Below are positions 63,846 through 64,000 of a stretch of DNA of 64,000 nucleotides, piece after piece. The stretch covers positions 120,667-184,666 of the forward strand of contig NMRA01000716.1 of NCBI GenBank assembly GCA_002633005.1. The letters are read 5' to 3'. The notes under the pieces were generated by a model. That model was not told where the DNA came from. It did not search any database and saw nothing but the letters and a program-made list of their open reading frames with translations. This DNA is from Phoronis australis (lineage: Eukaryota; Animalia; Phoronida). Both the position numbers and the translations under genes were made by a program. Numbering within the stretch: position 1 is the first letter of the stretch; every line of letters begins with the position of its first letter.

Positions 63846-64000
63846 CTGGAAAACATTTTTCCCATCAAAATGTTATTGAACAGCAAATTTGCTGGGCAGC
63901 TGAAGCCCAGAACACATTAATTCCTGTAAGTGAATGACAGATCGTCAGTGGCATAGAAGGCTAGAATGTTTGATGCTAATTTGTGCGGTCATTATTGATT

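Overview
Intron-rich, AT-rich animal DNA, probably from a marine invertebrate (inferred from the repeat families), in a draft assembly with N gaps. Two convergent spliced genes can be rebuilt by hand. (1) Minus strand, 63845->50958: 19 exons of NCBP1/CBP80; exon 1 lies outside the window. (2) Plus strand, 19853->43590: a 14-exon, phase-consistent ORF of about 1692 aa that the ORF track shows only in pieces. Its domain order is an N-terminal linker, a STIP1/Hop TPR2A-derived module, a complete BIR zinc finger, a linker, a pol-beta-type (GlnD/DUF294-like) nucleotidyltransferase and 12 TPR repeats of about 43 aa. This BIR-enzyme-repeat layout resembles NAIP-type immune receptors and is the best candidate for an undescribed system here. 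The last ~1 kb of this gene is duplicated across a single N, probably a haplotype artefact. The rest of the window holds CLCA-like exon relics (including an inverted duplicate), a solo LTR with a TSD, and remnants of Gypsy, L2/Crack, Academ-like, Kolobok-like and Penelope elements, one with an intact minimal hammerhead ribozyme. There are also several MITEs. All family assignments are from motif recognition by eye; no database search was run.
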